Source of the DNA: Anaerolineae bacterium
Lineage (GTDB): Bacteria; Chloroflexota; Anaerolineae; B4-G1; DUEL01
Assembly: GCA_029932895.1 (NCBI GenBank)
Contig: JAOZPF010000001.1
Location: 1-36,909, forward strand
Length of the DNA stretch: 36,909 nt
Direction: 5' to 3'
Below the pieces are notes generated by a model, which saw only the letters and a program-made list of their open reading frames with translations, ran no database searches and was not told the DNA's origin. Shown here piece after piece: positions 36,234-36,909 of the stretch. The position numbers were made by a program, and so were the translations under genes. Position 1 is the stretch's first letter, and each line of letters starts with the position of its first letter.

Positions 36234-36242
36234 TGGTATAAT
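36234..36242 (+). promoter_or_regulatory. extended -10 promoter element (TGGTATAAT) upstream of the ThiF/MoeB-like gene
   Basis: TGGTATAAT at 36234-36242. The -35 is weak (CTGGCG). The same GGTATAATGAG string occurs at the gcvH promoter. Confidence 0.45.
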
Positions 36243-36246
36243 GAGC

Positions 36247-36311
36247 CAGCGGATTGTAAGCGGATGAAGCGGATGAAGCGGATGAAGCGGATGGAGCGGA
36301 TGAGGCGGGGG
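36247..36311. repeat. 9-nt tandem repeat (AAGCGGATG; 4 perfect + 1 one-mismatch unit + degenerate flanks)
   Basis: Perfect units at 36258-36293, GAGCGGATG at 36294-36302, degenerate units on both sides. Read in frame, it gives a 16-codon ORF, MKRMKRMKRMERMRRG (36264-36314). Confidence 0.85.
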
Positions 36312-36369
36312 TAGGGGCGAACCTGTGTGTTCGCCCGGACTGGGCGGATGCGCAGTGGGAGGTTGCATT

Positions 36370-36909
36370 ATGCTGAGCCAAGGGGAACAGGAGCGTTTCG
36401 CACGGCAGTTGGTGCTGGAGGGGGTGGGAGAGGAGGGGCAGGAGCGGCTCAAAGCTGCCCGCGTGCTGGTCGTGGGCGCGGGGGGACTGGGCTCTGCAGC
36501 CTGTGCCTACCTGGCCGCCGCCGGGGTCGGCACGCTGGGGGTGGTGGACTCGGACCTGGTCTCGCTCTCTAACCTCAATCGGCAGGTGCTCTACGCCACC
36601 GCTGACCTGGGCCAGCCCAAGGCGGTCCTGGCAGCGCGGCGGCTCCAAGCCCTCAACCCCGCCCTGCAGGTGGTCCCTTATGCCGAGCGGCTGGTGGCGG
36701 CCAGGGCGGAGGAACTGGCAGCCTCGTACGACCTGGTGGTGGAGTGTTCAGATACCTTCGAGACCAAGTTCATGGTCAATGCGGCCTGCGTGCGGGTAGG
36801 CACGACGCTGGTATGGGCCTCGGTACTGGCCTGGGAGGGGCAGATGTCGGTGGTAGTGCCGGGCCAGGGGCCTTGCTACCGCTGTCTTTTTTCCCCCACT
36901 GTTGATCTG
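36370..36909 (+). CDS. ThiF/MoeB/HesA-family sulfur-carrier adenylyltransferase, N-terminal 180 aa (continues past window end)
   Basis: My own translation from ATG 36370 (GGGAGG SD) gives MLSQGEQERFARQLVLEGVGEEGQERLKAARVLVVGAGGLGSAACAYLAAAGVG.LGVVDSD.V.LSNLNRQ ... PCYRCLF. Absent from the track because it is open at the window edge. Confidence 0.88.
   Translation, partial: MLSQGEQERFARQLVLEGVGEEGQERLKAARVLVVGAGGLGSAACAYLAAAGVGTLGVVDSDLVSLSNLNRQVLYATADLGQPKAVLAARRLQALNPALQVVPYAERLVAARAEELAASYDLVVECSDTFETKFMVNAACVRVGTTLVWASVLAWEGQMSVVVPGQGPCYRCLFSPTVDL

Noticed and set aside
36118-36648. Minus-strand ORFs 36118..36648 and 36168..36452 (PLHPLHPLHPLHPL repeat), and plus-strand ORF 36120..36314.
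   Set aside because: The repetitive peptide is simply the 9-nt DNA repeat read in frame. The ORFs run antisense to the well-supported ThiF/MoeB-like gene or across both 54-bp repeats and a promoter. Only the short (MKR)n segment is kept, as a speculative uORF.

Overview
GC-rich bacterial chromosomal window made up almost entirely of housekeeping genes. I call about 36 protein genes, one tRNA-Val and one T-box leader, plus several consensus-like promoters, a few hairpins and four small repeat families. Genes sit in long co-directional blocks. The first is minus-strand, rpmF to leuS (15293 down to 1), about 21 genes with several 1-4 nt start/stop overlaps. The second is plus-strand, a glyA-gcvT fusion to idi (15502-26508). 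The third is minus-strand, PAP2 to asp23 (26518-34786). After that come rpmB (+), a ZIP transporter (-) and a ThiF/MoeB-like gene (+, open at the window end). Gene order (rpmB <> asp23-yloV ... recG; asp23-nusB; rpmF-fabD-fabG) and the T-box point to a Firmicutes/Chloroflexi-type lineage. The taxon cannot be fixed from the sequence alone. I see no mobile elements, CRISPR, phage, toxin-antitoxin or defence genes, and I cannot demonstrate a wholly new multi-gene system here. The most unusual item is a 1069-aa ORF that fuses a divergent but motif-complete serine hydroxymethyltransferase to a complete glycine-cleavage T protein through a ~170-aa T-like middle module. It lies 4 kb upstream of a gcvH-gcvPA-gcvPB operon that has no T gene of its own. 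Secondary items: (1) a MurF-alanine racemase fusion; (2) a complete FakA/FakB/FakB fatty-acid kinase set; (3) a P-loop protein resembling cyclic-2,3-diphosphoglycerate synthetase, translationally coupled to nusB; (4) three short-period tandem repeats (7, 8 and 9 nt) at gene boundaries, one of which creates a Met-rich upstream ORF; (5) an unexplained pair of 54-bp direct repeats. Many very long ORFs in the track are antisense shadows of real genes, which is typical of GC-rich DNA, and I rejected them.
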